Origin: Pseudomonadota bacterium
GTDB lineage: Bacteria > Pseudomonadota > Gammaproteobacteria > Steroidobacterales > Steroidobacteraceae
Assembly: GCA_016713725.1 (NCBI GenBank)
Contig: JADJOO010000020.1
Span: 4,192 to 68,191, forward strand
Direction: 5' to 3'
Length of the DNA: 64,000 nucleotides
Shown: piece after piece, positions 1 through 11,038 of the stretch
Numbering within the stretch: position 1 is the first letter of the stretch
Layout: every line of letters begins with the position of its first letter
Made by a program: the position numbers and the translations under genes
Notes under the pieces: model-generated
Database searches by the model: none
The model's input: only the letters and a program-made list of their open reading frames with translations
What the model was told of the DNA's origin: nothing

Positions 1-123
1 AAGAACGGACAGGCCATTCCCGATTTTCTTCCTCACACCTAAGCGGGACGCCTGAAAGGATTTGCGTGCTGGAAATCGATCCTCGGCAGAGGGTCCCTGA
101 CCTGACTACAAGGGTGTGGCGTC

Positions 124-1008
124 GTGGCAAGAAAAAGCGTGACTAAGGGCAAGAAGACGCCGAGTCGTCGGCGTCAGACTATTACCGGTCCGCGCTCCCT
201 CACCCGGCTCCTCCGGCTATTCGAGGTGCTCGCAAAGAGTTCGAAGGGCCAGAGCCTTGCCGAGCTCAATTTGCTGCTCAAGTCGCCGAAGAGCAGCCTG
301 CTTAATCTCCTGCGCCCGCTCGTCATCGAGGGCTACCTGACTTACGAGGACGGGCGCTACTGGTTAGGCACGTCCATATTCCGGCTTTCAGCGAGCATCA
401 TGTCCGTCTGGAATTTCTCGAAAACGCTTCGTCCCTTTCTCGAGGAGTTGGCGGAACGATCGCACGAGTCTGCCTATGTTGGCGTACTTGACCCCGTACT
501 GAAGACGGTCACCTACGTGGATTCTATCGACAGCCCGAATCCGGTGAGATTCTCGGTTCCCATTGGCAACTCTGCTCGCTTTACTGCACGGCGGCGGGTC
601 GTGTGCTGCTCGCATATTCGAGCAACAAGTTCCGAGCAGATTACATGCGCACGGTCAAGTTTGGAGGTGCGAACGACGCGGACGATCACCACGCAAGACG
701 CACTGCGTGCGTCGATCGAAAAGGTTCGCGAATCTGGCATTGCCATGAGTGTGGGCGAATCGTTTCCGGGCGCCGCCGCGATTGCAGCGCCGATCTTCGG
801 GGCCGACGGCAAGGGTAATGGCTGCATTGTGGTCGGTGGCCCGGCGGAACGTTTGCCGCCGACGTTTCCCGCGTTGGAGCGACTCATCAAGGAAATCGCC
901 GGGCGGGCGTCCGGCTTCAACGCGCGGGCGCAGTTGGCCGCGGCGGCCCCTGTGAAGAAGCTGGACCGGGGATCCCGGGAGGGAAGCGAGAACGCCGGAC
1001 CGGTATGA
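124..1008 (+). CDS. IclR-family transcriptional regulator (ORF intact, but about 85 nt in the middle are read out of the family-consistent frame)
   Basis: N-terminal wHTH (LRLFEVLAKSSKGQSLAELNLLLKSPKSSLLNLLRPLVIEGYL) and C-terminal IclR effector domain (GIAMSVGESFPGAAAIAAPIFGADGKG). The expected LYCTAAGRVLLAYSS motif is encoded in another frame at about 578-665. Confidence 0.75.
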   Translation: MARKSVTKGKKTPSRRRQTITGPRSLTRLLRLFEVLAKSSKGQSLAELNLLLKSPKSSLLNLLRPLVIEGYLTYEDGRYWLGTSIFRLSASIMSVWNFSKTLRPFLEELAERSHESAYVGVLDPVLKTVTYVDSIDSPNPVRFSVPIGNSARFTARRRVVCCSHIRATSSEQITCARSSLEVRTTRTITTQDALRASIEKVRESGIAMSVGESFPGAAAIAAPIFGADGKGNGCIVVGGPAERLPPTFPALERLIKEIAGRASGFNARAQLAAAAPVKKLDRGSREGSENAGPV

Positions 1009-1565
1009 TCTGTCGGTGGTCAGGCATGCGCGGCTGCGAGAATAGATGAGGCGCTCCCTGAGCCCATGGTACGAGTCGTACGCAGTCGCTCAGTCGACGC
1101 CAGTCTCATCGAATCAAGTGTCGCTTATCGCGGCGCATATCGATCCTGAATTCCACATGGCGTACTCAGCGCCGGCAGTTACTCGCTGCCACGATCGCTC
1201 GACGCATCAACCTCGACCCTCCGGCTTGTAATGGGCGCAGGATCATGTCACACGCGCTGGCGCAGGCTTGATCTGCGCTGCTTTGGGCGGTGCCGGCGAA
1301 CTCATTGACAAGGCCTTTGCCTCCGTGCACGATATTCGCGAATCTGAACGGTGTTCAGCATTGGACGAGGTCTCGACGAAAGTCCCTGGCGCAGCAGTAC
1401 TGGCCACGGACTCCAGCGTTGAAGCTCACGCGGCAATGCAGCATCGTGCGTGCCCCGGCAGGCGATTGATCGCGTGCCAGGCAGTGCGTAGTCCCAGCAG
1501 GGCTGCCGCTGCATAGGGGCCGCCCGTGATGATGTCTAGTGACAAGAACCGGAGGGTGGTTGCAA

Positions 1566-3973
1566 TGTCTAGTGATTCAGCAGAACGGAATGGTCACTGG
1601 CTGCTGTCAGTTGGCGGCCCATCCTCGGCGCTCGTCGCGATTGCGCTCTGTGCGCCGACCGCGGGCTCGGCGCAGGGCCTGGCGCGAGTGTCGCCGAAAA
1701 AATGCCACGGTCCTGGAGGAGGTCATCGTCACCGCACGCCGGCGCAACGAAGACCTTGCACGCGTTCCGGGGACCATCGCTGTCTTCAACGATGCTCCGG
1801 CTCATCGAACGAGCGATCCGCAGCGATTCCGATCTGCAGTTCGCAATCCTGGCTGACCATTCGTCAGACCAGGGCAACAACTCGCTCACCTACTCGATCC
1901 GTGGGCAGAGCGCGGACACATTCAGTGGTTCTCCGTCCGCGGTCATCGCCTATATGAACGAGGTACCGCTGACCATCGGCAGTGCATCCTCATTCTACGA
2001 CCTCGAATCTATTCAGGTTCTTAAAGGTCCAAGGGCACCCTGTTTGGCAGGAATACGACAGGCGGAGCCGTGCTCTACACCTCGGCAAAGCCGACGAACG
2101 AGAATGAAGCACTCATGCGGGCACGCATGGGGAACCTGGACATGCGTGAAATCGAAGGCATGGTCAATGTCCCCATCGTGGACGACACCGTTCTGCTGCG
2201 GGCCGCTTTCAATTTCATCGAACGCGATGGTTACATTCATAACCGCGCCAACGGCCAGGATCTGGGCGAGATCGATCGCACCAGCGGCCGTCTCTCGCTC
2301 ACGATCAATGCTACCGACAACTTGACCAACGAAACGATGTTCCAGTACGCGGACATTGGTGGCACCAACACGGGCGCGTCCTACACCTACAGCGTCTATC
2401 CCTGCGGTGCGACCAACAATGGCTTTGCACTCACCTGCTCCAGTGGGCTGCTATTCAGCCCGGCACTCGACGCCGTATTCCAGACCCCGGGGGCCTGGGC
2501 TTCCTATCTAGCTGCCAACCCGGGCGCCTACCCTGCGGGCCTCGGGGCCTATGTGGATGAGCAGAAGCGCCTTGGCCCCTATGAAAGTTACTATCCGCTC
2601 GATGCACGGCAGGAAGGCACCGACTGGCTGCTGTCGAACACGACCACCTTCGATTTGAGCGACAAGCTCCAGATCAGGAATATTTTTGGCGCGTCGAAGT
2701 CAGAAACGGATTCTGACAGGCCGCAGATCGGCGCGCCGTTCGTCACCCATCCTCACGGCAAATGTTGCCACCGGCGAGGTAGGCAACGAGAGCGTCGTGG
2801 AGTCGATTTCCGAGGAATTGCAGCTGCAGGGCAAGACGAAAGCGGCAACCTCGACTATATCGTCGGTCTCTATCTCCAGCGCGAGGAGAGCGATACGATC
2901 TGGCCGCAGACCTATTTCGACCTGACCCCGGTTCTGCCGCCGGCTTCCGTCACGAATGCCTTCCACATCGAGAACGAGACCATTGCCCTTTACGCGCAAG
3001 GCATCTGGGATATCTCGTCATGGGTAGAGAACCTGCGCTTCACAGCAGGCCTGCGCTACACGTGGGAGAGCGTGAGCATCGAGCAGCTGCCCCGCGCGAC
3101 GTACACCTATGGTGCGCCAGACCAGGACAACTCGTTCAGCGATCCGAGCTGGGACGTTGGCCTGAATATCAGGCCACGCCTGATCTATTCACGTATATCA
3201 AGACGCGTGGCAGCTTCCGCAGCGGCGGTTTTAACGGTTCTGCGCCGCCAGTCGATGCGAGTGCCGAGGCAGGCGGCAATATCTTTGAGTCCGAGCACAC
3301 GCAGGACATTGAGGCGGGCTTAAAGTCCCGTGGCGACGCCTTCGGGCGCCCTGCCAGTGTCAATCTCGCCGCCTACTACCAGTGGATCCAGGATGTGCAG
3401 CGAGTCGAGTTCCCGGACCCGGACGGGCCCGGCGGCTTGGCTTCGATCGCAGTGACAGCCAATGTTCCGTCGGCTGAGGTCTACGGGCTCGAGCTCGACG
3501 CCACGATCCTGGCGGCTGATTGGCTGCAGCTCGGCGTCACAGGCGCATACACGCACTCCAGCTTCAGCGATGGGCACGTCGAACTGTTCGGGACGTCGTA
3601 TGAATTCGGGCCGGTGGCTAACACACCGGAGTTCGCGGGCACGTTCTTCGCGCTGGTCACCTTCCCGACCAACGGGAATACCGGTGACGTCAGCCTGAGG
3701 GGCGAAGTCTACACGCAGAGCAGCTTCTACTTCTCCAACGCCGCGGATGCCGTGGCGCCGGACACCGAATTGCCCAGCTATTCGTTGGTCAATGGACGTC
3801 TCCAATGGGCGGGCATCATGGGAAGCCATTTGACGGCGGCCCTGTTCGGCAGGAACTTGCTTGACGAGGAGCATTTCGTGGGCGGTATGGCCCTGGCATC
3901 GGCGCTTGGCCACAATGCCGCCGCGGTCGGCGAACCCCGAACCTATGGTTTAGAGCTGTCGTACGAGTTCTGA
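1566..3973 (+). pseudogene. TonB-dependent receptor, at least 6 frameshifts as sequenced
   Basis: The signal peptide, plug (VLEEVIVTARR, IQVLKGP) and barrel ending in the terminal ...YGLELSYEF are spread over ORFs 1526, 1539, 1702, 2070, 2686 and 3020. Frame changes lie near 1690, 1797, 2030, 2750, 2840 and 3170. Confidence 0.8.
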
Positions 3974-4025
3974 TCGGGGGAACGCCTTCGGACCAGGGCC
4001 AGGGGGTCGGCGGAATTTGGCTGGT

Positions 4026-4050
4026 GGTGCCGCTCGGGCAGAGCGGCACC
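4026..4050 (+). terminator. Stem-loop downstream of the TBDR gene (GGTGCCGCTC-GGGCA-GAGCGGCACC), no U tract
   Basis: Perfect 10-bp GC-rich stem with a 5-nt loop, 53 nt after the stop codon. Confidence 0.35.
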
Positions 4051-4099
4051 AGCGCGCGTGACGATCGAGGCGCGCTTGCATAGGAATCGGGAGGCCCAC

Positions 4100-5091
4100 G
4101 TGGTCGATACGATGCTGATGTTCGATATGCGCGCGCCGTCTTTCGGAGCGTCGCCGCGCGATCTCTATGCGGCAGCACCCGAGATGGCGGCCTATGCCGA
4201 CGAACACGGCATCGCCAGAATTTCCGCTTGCGAACATCACGGTGCAGACGACGGCTACATGCCCTGCAACCTGCTTTTTCTCGCCGCCCTTGCGACACGG
4301 ACAAAACGTGCCCGGCTCATGACGAATGCATTGATTCTGCCACTGCACGATCCGGTCAAGATGGCGGAGCAAATCGCGGTCACCGATCTACTAAGCGGTG
4401 GCCGCCTCGATGTCATTGTGGGCGGTGGGTACGTGCCATCGGAATTCGCCATGTTCGGCGTGTCCCTGGCAGATCGCGGCAGGTTGCTCGACGAAGGCCT
4501 GGAGGTGATGATCCGGGCACTTTCCGGCGAACGATTCGTGATGAACGGGCGGCCGATTTTCGTTCGTCCGCAGCCGTTACAGAAGCCGCATCCGCCGCTG
4601 CTTGTCGGGGGCGGCGTCAAGGCCAGCGCAATCCGCGCGGCACGCTTCGGCGCGGGCTTCTGCCCCTGAACGTAGATCTCTTTGAGGTCTACGATGCAGA
4701 GTGCAGGAAGTTGGGACGAGAACCTGGGCCGAAAATCGTTCTCGGTCAGGCGTGGTGCATTCATGTCGCGGAGGATCCGGACAAGGGCTGGGCCGAACTC
4801 ATGCCATACGCTGCCCACGTCGTGTCGTCTTATGCGCGTATGGCTGCAGAGGCGTCAAACTCTTCGTCGCCGTTTGACGAACTTGTGGGCGACGACGCCG
4901 TACGGAAATCAGGCTTGTTCCACGTTTTTACTCCCGATCAGTGTGTTGCCTATGCGCAGAAGTGCGGAGCGAGGGGGTACACAATGTCGGTTCAGCCGTT
5001 GATAGGTGGCCTTCCGCCTGAGATTGGCTGGCGGAGTCTGGAGCTCTTCTGCACGAAGGTTCTGCCCCGCGTCAACGTCCGCGCTGCGTGA
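4100..5091 (+). pseudogene. LLM-class (luciferase-like) flavin/F420-dependent oxidoreductase, one frameshift near 4660
   Basis: The N-terminal part (ORF 4058-4669) and C-terminal part (frame of ORF 4228-5091) join as ...AARFGAGF/PLNVDLFEVYDAE.... GTG at 4100 follows GGGAGG at 4089-4094. Confidence 0.7.
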
Positions 5092-5190
5092 AGTGACATA
5101 CCGGGGCTGCAGGCCCTGGGGGCATCGACCCGTCTGCGGTGACGCAAGGCTGCAGCGGTCGTTGCGTAGCAGGCATCGGAGGATGCAAAC

Positions 5191-6080
5191 ATGAACTGGA
5201 CCGGCTGGACCGCCGTCATCGGGGACGGGCTGGATAATTTCGCGCACATCGCCTACGAGAAGAAACACCATCTCAAGCTCGGCGGCGGTGTCGCGCGCAT
5301 CTCCTTCAACAGGCCGAAGAAGATGAATGCGCTGTCGCCGGCAGTCATCGAGGAGATGTTTCGCGCATTCTACGACGCCAACCATGACGCAAAGATTGGC
5401 GTGATCGTGGTCGGTGCGCGTGGCAAACACTTCGGCGCCGGCGGCGACGTGGAATGGGAGCAGTGGGGACTCCGCAGCGTTTTTTATAACCGCTATCCGC
5501 ACAATCGGCTCGTGCGCATCTCGCGCAAACCGGTTATCGCGCAGGTGCAGGGCTACTGCATCGGCGGACACAATCACATGGTCTACTGCTGCGACTTCAC
5601 CATCGCGGCGGACAACGCGATCTTCGGCCAGGCGGGTCCGCGCGTCTCCTCGCCGGCGGACGGGTATTTCGTGCCCTACCTGAGCCGGGTCGTAGGTGCG
5701 AAGCGGGCTCGCGAGATGTGGATGCTTTGCCGCAAGTACAAGGCGGAACAAGCCCTGCAGATGGGCCTCGTTAACTCCGTCGTGCCGCTGGAGGGCCTCG
5801 AGGCGGAGGTCGATCAGTGGTGTGAGGAACTGCTGGCTGTCAGCCCGGGATGTCTCGAGGTACTGAAGGCCGCGTTCGACCAGAGATGGATGGCTACAAG
5901 GAGTTCGGCACCATTTCAGCACAGCTGTATCCCGACTGGTTCGAGATGCCTGAGGGTCGGGAAGGTGGAGCGGCCTTCCTCGCGAAGCGCAAGCCGGAGT
6001 TCTGGACTCTCCGGGAGCGCGAAGCCGAGTTACGCCAGCAGTTGTTGCAGGAATACGAGTCGCGGCACGACAAGAAGTGA
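5191..6080 (+). pseudogene. Enoyl-CoA hydratase/isomerase (crotonase) family protein, one frameshift near 5883
   Basis: Crotonase N-terminus (ISFNRPKKMNAL...GAGGDV). The C-terminus continues in ORF 5850-6080 (EMDGYKEFG...EGGAAFLAKRKPEFW). Confidence 0.75.
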
Positions 6081-6123
6081 GTGCGCTCGTGTTGACGATT
6101 CGCGGGAGTCGACGGGAGGTCAG

Positions 6124-7266
6124 GTGATCAAGGACAAGGCTGCAATCGTCGGCGTTGCAGAAACTGACTTCGCCAAGCGTCTCGAGGGCAGCGAATGCGA
6201 ACTGGCGTCGATGGCGATACTCGCAGCGCTCGATGAAGCAGGAATCGCTCCGTCCGAAGTCGACGCGATGTCGTCGTACACCATGGAGACGACGGACGAG
6301 AACGAAATCGCCAGCAACCTCGGCTTTCGTGATATTCGCTTCTTCTCGCAGGTGGAGTACGGCGGCGGGGCCGGATGCGCTACGGTCCTGCATCTTGCCA
6401 TGGCGGTGGCGACCGGCCAGGCCAACGTGGCCGTGGCCTGGCGTTCCCGCAAGCGAGGCTCGGGGCCGCGGGTGTGGGCAACCACGACGGAGCGGCTGGA
6501 CGACGGATACAAATTTACCCGGCCCTATGGCCTGGTGCGCCCGGTCGATGAGCTGGCGGTGCTCACGCGCCGTTACATGCATGACTACGGTGCGACGCGT
6601 GATCACCTCGCCAACATTGCACTGGCGTGCCGGCGCATGGCTAACAACAACCCGCGGGCGGTGATGTACTCAAAGCCACTTACGCGCGAGCAATACATGA
6701 CCTCGCGGTGGATTGCCGAACCCCTGTGCCTGTACGACAACTGTCTTGAGACCGATGGGGCGCTGGCCTGCGTCATTGTCTCGGCTGAGCGTGCCCGGGA
6801 TTGCCGGCAACGTCCGGTCTACATCCACGCCGGGGCGCAGGGCATGTCTGCACCCCATCCGAGAATGATGAACAACTTTTGTGGGACGCCATTCAGAAGC
6901 CCATCCTACGCGGCAGCGAAGGCGCTCTGGCAGAACAGCGACTTCAAGCAGAGCGACATCAAGGTGGCCCAGATCTACGACGCCTTCACGACCATGGTGC
7001 TGTTGTCATTCGAGGCCTATGGCTTCTGCGGGCAAGGCGAAGGCGCCGCATTCACCGAGAACGGCTCCCTCGAGCTGGGCGGACGACTCGCGCTCAACAC
7101 CAGCGGCGGCAGCCTGTCGGAAGCCTATGTGCATGGGTTCAATCTGATCAACGAGGGTGTCAGGCAGATGCGCGGTACTTCGGTCAATCAGGTGTCCGGA
7201 GCCAACGCGTGCCTGGTGACCAGCGCCGACGACGTGCCGACCGGAGCGCTCATTCTCAGTAACTGA
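6124..7266 (+). CDS. SCP2/SCP-x-type thiolase-like protein (lipid-transfer/thiolase family)
   Basis: GTG at 6124 lies in frame within the artificial 691-aa ORF. Thiolase-like sequence: KDKAAIVGVAETDF..., NTSGGSLSEAYVHG. Confidence 0.8.
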   Translation: MIKDKAAIVGVAETDFAKRLEGSECELASMAILAALDEAGIAPSEVDAMSSYTMETTDENEIASNLGFRDIRFFSQVEYGGGAGCATVLHLAMAVATGQANVAVAWRSRKRGSGPRVWATTTERLDDGYKFTRPYGLVRPVDELAVLTRRYMHDYGATRDHLANIALACRRMANNNPRAVMYSKPLTREQYMTSRWIAEPLCLYDNCLETDGALACVIVSAERARDCRQRPVYIHAGAQGMSAPHPRMMNNFCGTPFRSPSYAAAKALWQNSDFKQSDIKVAQIYDAFTTMVLLSFEAYGFCGQGEGAAFTENGSLELGGRLALNTSGGSLSEAYVHGFNLINEGVRQMRGTSVNQVSGANACLVTSADDVPTGALILSN

Positions 7267-7293
7267 TGCAGCAATCATGGCGGGCGACGAAAA

Positions 7294-7731
7294 ATGATCG
7301 AGTCGTGGCCACTGCCCACGACGGATGGCCACGATGCACCGTTCTGGCAGGGGGCCGGGCGCGGTGCGCTCGTGATGGAAGCGTGCAGCAATTGCGGTGA
7401 GTTGCGCTTTCCGCCGCGCCCCATGTGTCCGTGCTGCCATTCGCGGCAGCGGGAGTGGCGCGAGCTTTCCGGCCGCGGCCGGATTTGGTCGTTCATCGTT
7501 TCGCACCCCCCGCTGTTCCCAGTATTTAATCCCCTGGCGCCTTATAACGTCATCATCGTCGAACTCGACGAAGAACCCACCATCCGGCTTGCAGGGAATC
7601 TCGTCAGCGACCCACAGGGTCCGATAAACAGCGTGAGCGCTGACACGATCCGGATCGGTGAGCCGGTGCAAGCGGTTTACGCGCCCATGACCGAGGACGT
7701 GACGCTGATCCGCTGGGTGCGGCGGGGCTGA
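7294..7731 (+). CDS. DUF35 OB-fold/zinc-ribbon protein (thiolase partner, BbsA/ChsH2-C-terminal type)
   Basis: Four-Cys ribbon CSNCGELRFPPRPMCPCC followed by an OB-fold region. It lies immediately downstream of the SCP2-type thiolase. Confidence 0.8.
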   Translation: MIESWPLPTTDGHDAPFWQGAGRGALVMEACSNCGELRFPPRPMCPCCHSRQREWRELSGRGRIWSFIVSHPPLFPVFNPLAPYNVIIVELDEEPTIRLAGNLVSDPQGPINSVSADTIRIGEPVQAVYAPMTEDVTLIRWVRRG

Positions 7732-7853
7732 GATCGCTAAGGCTGATGTCCAGCATTCCTGATCCGGGTCGAGCCCGTGACGGGCTGCAGTGGCACGCTG
7801 GTGGTCGGATACTCGATCCGGCTGGATTTGCTATCACGAGTGGAGGTCTGACC

Positions 7854-8648
7854 GTGCAACTGTCCGATTACAACTCGATCACCTTTCGACGCGACGGGCG
7901 CGTTCTGAACGCCACCTTCAATCGGCCCGAGACGCTGAATTCCATGGATGCTGAGATGCAGCACGAGGTCGCCCGACTGTTTCCGGAGGTGGCCACGGAC
8001 CCGGAGACGAACGTGCTCGTGATCACCGGTGCAGGTCGTGCATTCAGCGCCGGCGGCGACGTCGAGCTCATGCAGGGCATGATCGATCGTCCGGCGCTCT
8101 TCGTCGAGGCGACGGCTCACGGCAAGCAACTTCTCCATTCGATCCTCGATTGTCCCAAGCCAGTCATCGCCAAGATCAATGGCCCGGCGATCGGGCTTGG
8201 CGCCACAATCGCCCTGTTCTGCGACCTGATTGTCGCGGCGAATCACGCCAAGATCGCCGACCCGCACGTCAGGGTCGGGCTGGTAGCCGGTGACGGCGGG
8301 GCGGCGATCTGGCCGCAACTCGTCGGCTATGCCCGCGCCAAGGAGTACCTGCTCCTGGGCGATACACTGACGGGCGAGCAGGCCGCCAGCATCGGGCTGA
8401 TCAACCGCGCCGTTCCCGCCGAGGACCTCGACCGGGTTGTGGATGAGATCGCGCAGCGGCTGGCGAGCGGTGCGTCGCGCGCCATTCAGTGGACTAAGCT
8501 CGCAGTGAACATCCGGCTCAAGCAAGTTGTGAATGCGGTGATCGAAGACTCGTTCGCGTACGAAGCGCTTTCGAGTCAGACGAAGGACCACCAGGAAGCC
8601 GTGAATGCATTTCGTGACAAGCGCCAGCCTCATTTCTCCGGTGAGTAG
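7854..8648 (+). CDS. Enoyl-CoA hydratase/isomerase family protein
   Basis: ITFRRDGRVLNATFNRPETLNSMD...ITGAGRAFSAGGD. GTG at 7854 is preceded by GGAGG at 7842-7846. Confidence 0.85.
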   Translation: MQLSDYNSITFRRDGRVLNATFNRPETLNSMDAEMQHEVARLFPEVATDPETNVLVITGAGRAFSAGGDVELMQGMIDRPALFVEATAHGKQLLHSILDCPKPVIAKINGPAIGLGATIALFCDLIVAANHAKIADPHVRVGLVAGDGGAAIWPQLVGYARAKEYLLLGDTLTGEQAASIGLINRAVPAEDLDRVVDEIAQRLASGASRAIQWTKLAVNIRLKQVVNAVIEDSFAYEALSSQTKDHQEAVNAFRDKRQPHFSGE

Positions 8649-8732
8649 CCGGGACTGGGCGGTCGCCCTGAGCGCAGGGCGTCGGCAGGCCGGGGGTCGT
8701 GGATGATGTTGCAGAATGTCCAGCGAACGTCC

Positions 8733-8761
8733 TTGGCAGTACTGTTACTATTTTGTATATT
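8733..8761 (+). promoter_or_regulatory. Sigma70-like promoter TTGGCA-N17-TATATT in an AT-rich island upstream of the acyl-CoA synthetase gene
   Basis: Near-consensus hexamers with 17-nt spacing, inside the only AT-rich stretch (8738-8792) of the 250-bp intergenic region. Confidence 0.45.
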
Positions 8762-8899
8762 AAAAAACTGAACGGTGATCTGATAATTGAACCAGGCCGG
8801 TCGAAGTGGAAGCCTGTTGGGTGTGATGTGGAGATGGGCAGCAAAATGGCCGGCGCAGGAATCCCGACCATGACGAACTGACAGTCCGGGGAGGGCACA

Positions 8900-10570
8900 A
8901 TGGCCAAGCACAGTTTCCCTAGCTTTTCCGATGCCTACCGCAAGCGTTGGCGTGACGCCGGACTGTGGCTGGACGTGACGCTGCACCACGGATTCGACCA
9001 GACTGTCGCGGCGCAGCCAGACAAGGTGGCGCTGATCACCGCGGATCAAAGCTACACGCTCGCGCAATACAAGGCCGAATCCGATGCACTGGCCGCAGGT
9101 CTCCTGGGGGTCGGCATCGGGCCGGGCGACATCGTGGCTGTGCAGTTGCCGAACTGGGCCGAGTTCTGCTTTCTGCAGATCGCGCTATCGCGCATCGGCG
9201 CGGTCATTCAACCCATCCATACCGTCTTCCGCGAGCGCGAGACAGCCAATCTCCTCAGTCTCTGCGAGAGCGACGCGATCGTTGTCCCCGATACCTACAA
9301 GGACTTCGGCTTTGCGGACATGGTGCGCTCGCTGCGGCCCCAGCTCCCCGCGTTGCGCAAGGTGATAGTCGCTCGGGGTGAGGCGCACGCCGCGGCGGGC
9401 GAGTCGAACCTGAGCGATCTGATGGAAGAAGGCCGCCGCAATCTGCAGCGCCTGGCCGACGTCAAGACTACGGCAGACGACATCTACTACCTGAACTTCA
9501 CCTCGGGTACGGAGGGAAACCCCAAAGGCTTTCTGCACGTGCACAACGCCGTGATCTCGATGACCAAGCGGCTCATTCCGCTCATGCCGCCGGAAACCGT
9601 CATGCTGGCGTGCTCACCCATGACGCATACGTTTGGCCATTTCGAGATGTATTACACGGACCTCGCCGGTTTTCCCATGGTGGTGGTCGACCGTTACAGT
9701 CCCGGTGAAATCCTGACCCTGATCGAACGTGAGCGCGTGACCAAGCTCTCAGGAACGCCGGCGCATTTCTTCGGCCTGCTGCACCACCGCGATTTCGCCA
9801 AGTTCGACACGTCGTCAGTCAAGTCGGTCGCGGTCGGTGGGGCCCGCAGCTCGCCGGACCTGATCGCAGATCTGGGCCGCGTGTGGGGAGTGAAGTCTGC
9901 AAACACCTACGGCATGGGCGAGACCATCATCCATACCAGGACCGTGCCGGACGATCCCGAGGAAAGGATACGCAGCACCGTGGGCCGTCCGATATTCGGC
10001 GTCGAACTCAAGATCGTCGACCAGAAAGACCGCACGGTCGTGCAGCCGGCCGGCACCATCGGCGAGATCTGTTTCCGCGGCCCGACGCTATTCGTCGGTT
10101 ATCACAACCTGCCCGGGAAGACTGCCGATACGCGCGATGCGAACGGCTGGTTCTACACCGGCGACCTCGGCTACGTGGACGAAGCTGGCTATCTGTATTT
10201 CGTCGGGCGGGCCAAGGAAGTCATTAACCGCGGCGGCACCAAAATACATCCGAAGGAGATCGAGGATCTGCTGTGCCAGCATCCGGCCATACTCCAGGCC
10301 GCCGTGGTCGGTATGCCGGATGAGCGGCTCGGTGAGCGCGTTTGTGCCTATGTAGTCACGCGCGACGGCCACGAAATCAGCCTCGAGGAAGTTGGCCAGT
10401 TCTGCTGCGAGCGCAAGGCGACGAAATACCTGCATCCCGAGGTGCTCGTGCGCATCGAGGAGATGCCGATGACTCCGACGGGAAAAATCCAGAAGGTTGC
10501 GTTGCAGAAGGACGCAGTCAGTCGAGCGACCCTTTCCCGGGCAACAGCCGACCCAGCGCCCGCCGGCTGA
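8900..10570 (+). CDS. AMP-dependent acyl-CoA synthetase/ligase (class I adenylate-forming enzyme)
   Basis: Motifs YLNFTSGTEGNPKG, YGMGET, TGDLGYVDEAGYLYFVGRAKEVINRGGTKI. Confidence 0.9.
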   Translation: MAKHSFPSFSDAYRKRWRDAGLWLDVTLHHGFDQTVAAQPDKVALITADQSYTLAQYKAESDALAAGLLGVGIGPGDIVAVQLPNWAEFCFLQIALSRIGAVIQPIHTVFRERETANLLSLCESDAIVVPDTYKDFGFADMVRSLRPQLPALRKVIVARGEAHAAAGESNLSDLMEEGRRNLQRLADVKTTADDIYYLNFTSGTEGNPKGFLHVHNAVISMTKRLIPLMPPETVMLACSPMTHTFGHFEMYYTDLAGFPMVVVDRYSPGEILTLIERERVTKLSGTPAHFFGLLHHRDFAKFDTSSVKSVAVGGARSSPDLIADLGRVWGVKSANTYGMGETIIHTRTVPDDPEERIRSTVGRPIFGVELKIVDQKDRTVVQPAGTIGEICFRGPTLFVGYHNLPGKTADTRDANGWFYTGDLGYVDEAGYLYFVGRAKEVINRGGTKIHPKEIEDLLCQHPAILQAAVVGMPDERLGERVCAYVVTRDGHEISLEEVGQFCCERKATKYLHPEVLVRIEEMPMTPTGKIQKVALQKDAVSRATLSRATADPAPAG

Positions 10571-10597
10571 CGGCCACCGCCAACACGCAATCAGAGG

Positions 10598-11038
10598 ATG
10601 AGCATGGACGAAACACCGGAAGAGCGATTCGCGCGTGGGATGGAGACCCTGCAGAAGGTCTTCCCGCTCGGCTCGGGCGCCATGCCGCAGTTCCGCTATC
10701 CAGCAGAGATTGAGAGCGACTGGGGCCAATTCTCCGTGTCGACCGTGCTCGGCGACGTCTGGTCACGACCGGGGCTGGAGTTGAAGCATCGAGCCATGAT
10801 CGCCATTGCGGCGCTGGCGGCGCTGAACAAGCCGGGATCGTTGAAGGCCTACATCATCGCGGGCCTGAAGCAGGGACTGTCGCGAAACGAAGTGTGCGAA
10901 ATCATCTTCCAGATGGCGATCTACGCGGGTTTCCCTGCTGCGATCGAGGCCTTCGGTCATGCGCGTGAGGCGTTCGAACAGTTCGACCTGGCATCCGGCC
11001 CCGGCGCGAAGTCCGGCGCAACGGATCCGGGGGCGTAG
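10598..11038 (+). CDS. Carboxymuconolactone decarboxylase (AhpD-like) family protein
   Basis: CMD-family sequence (VWSRPGLELKHRAMIAIAALAALN...EVCEIIFQMAIYAGFPAA). Confidence 0.75.
   Translation: MSMDETPEERFARGMETLQKVFPLGSGAMPQFRYPAEIESDWGQFSVSTVLGDVWSRPGLELKHRAMIAIAALAALNKPGSLKAYIIAGLKQGLSRNEVCEIIFQMAIYAGFPAAIEAFGHAREAFEQFDLASGPGAKSGATDPGA

Noticed and set aside
5191-7266. A single 691-aa ORF that looks like a crotonase-thiolase fusion protein
   Set aside because: After about 5883 the crotonase continues in another frame (ORF 5850-6080) and ends there. The 5191 frame merely stays open through the gap. The thiolase has its own GTG at 6124. It is therefore two genes plus a frameshift, not a fusion.
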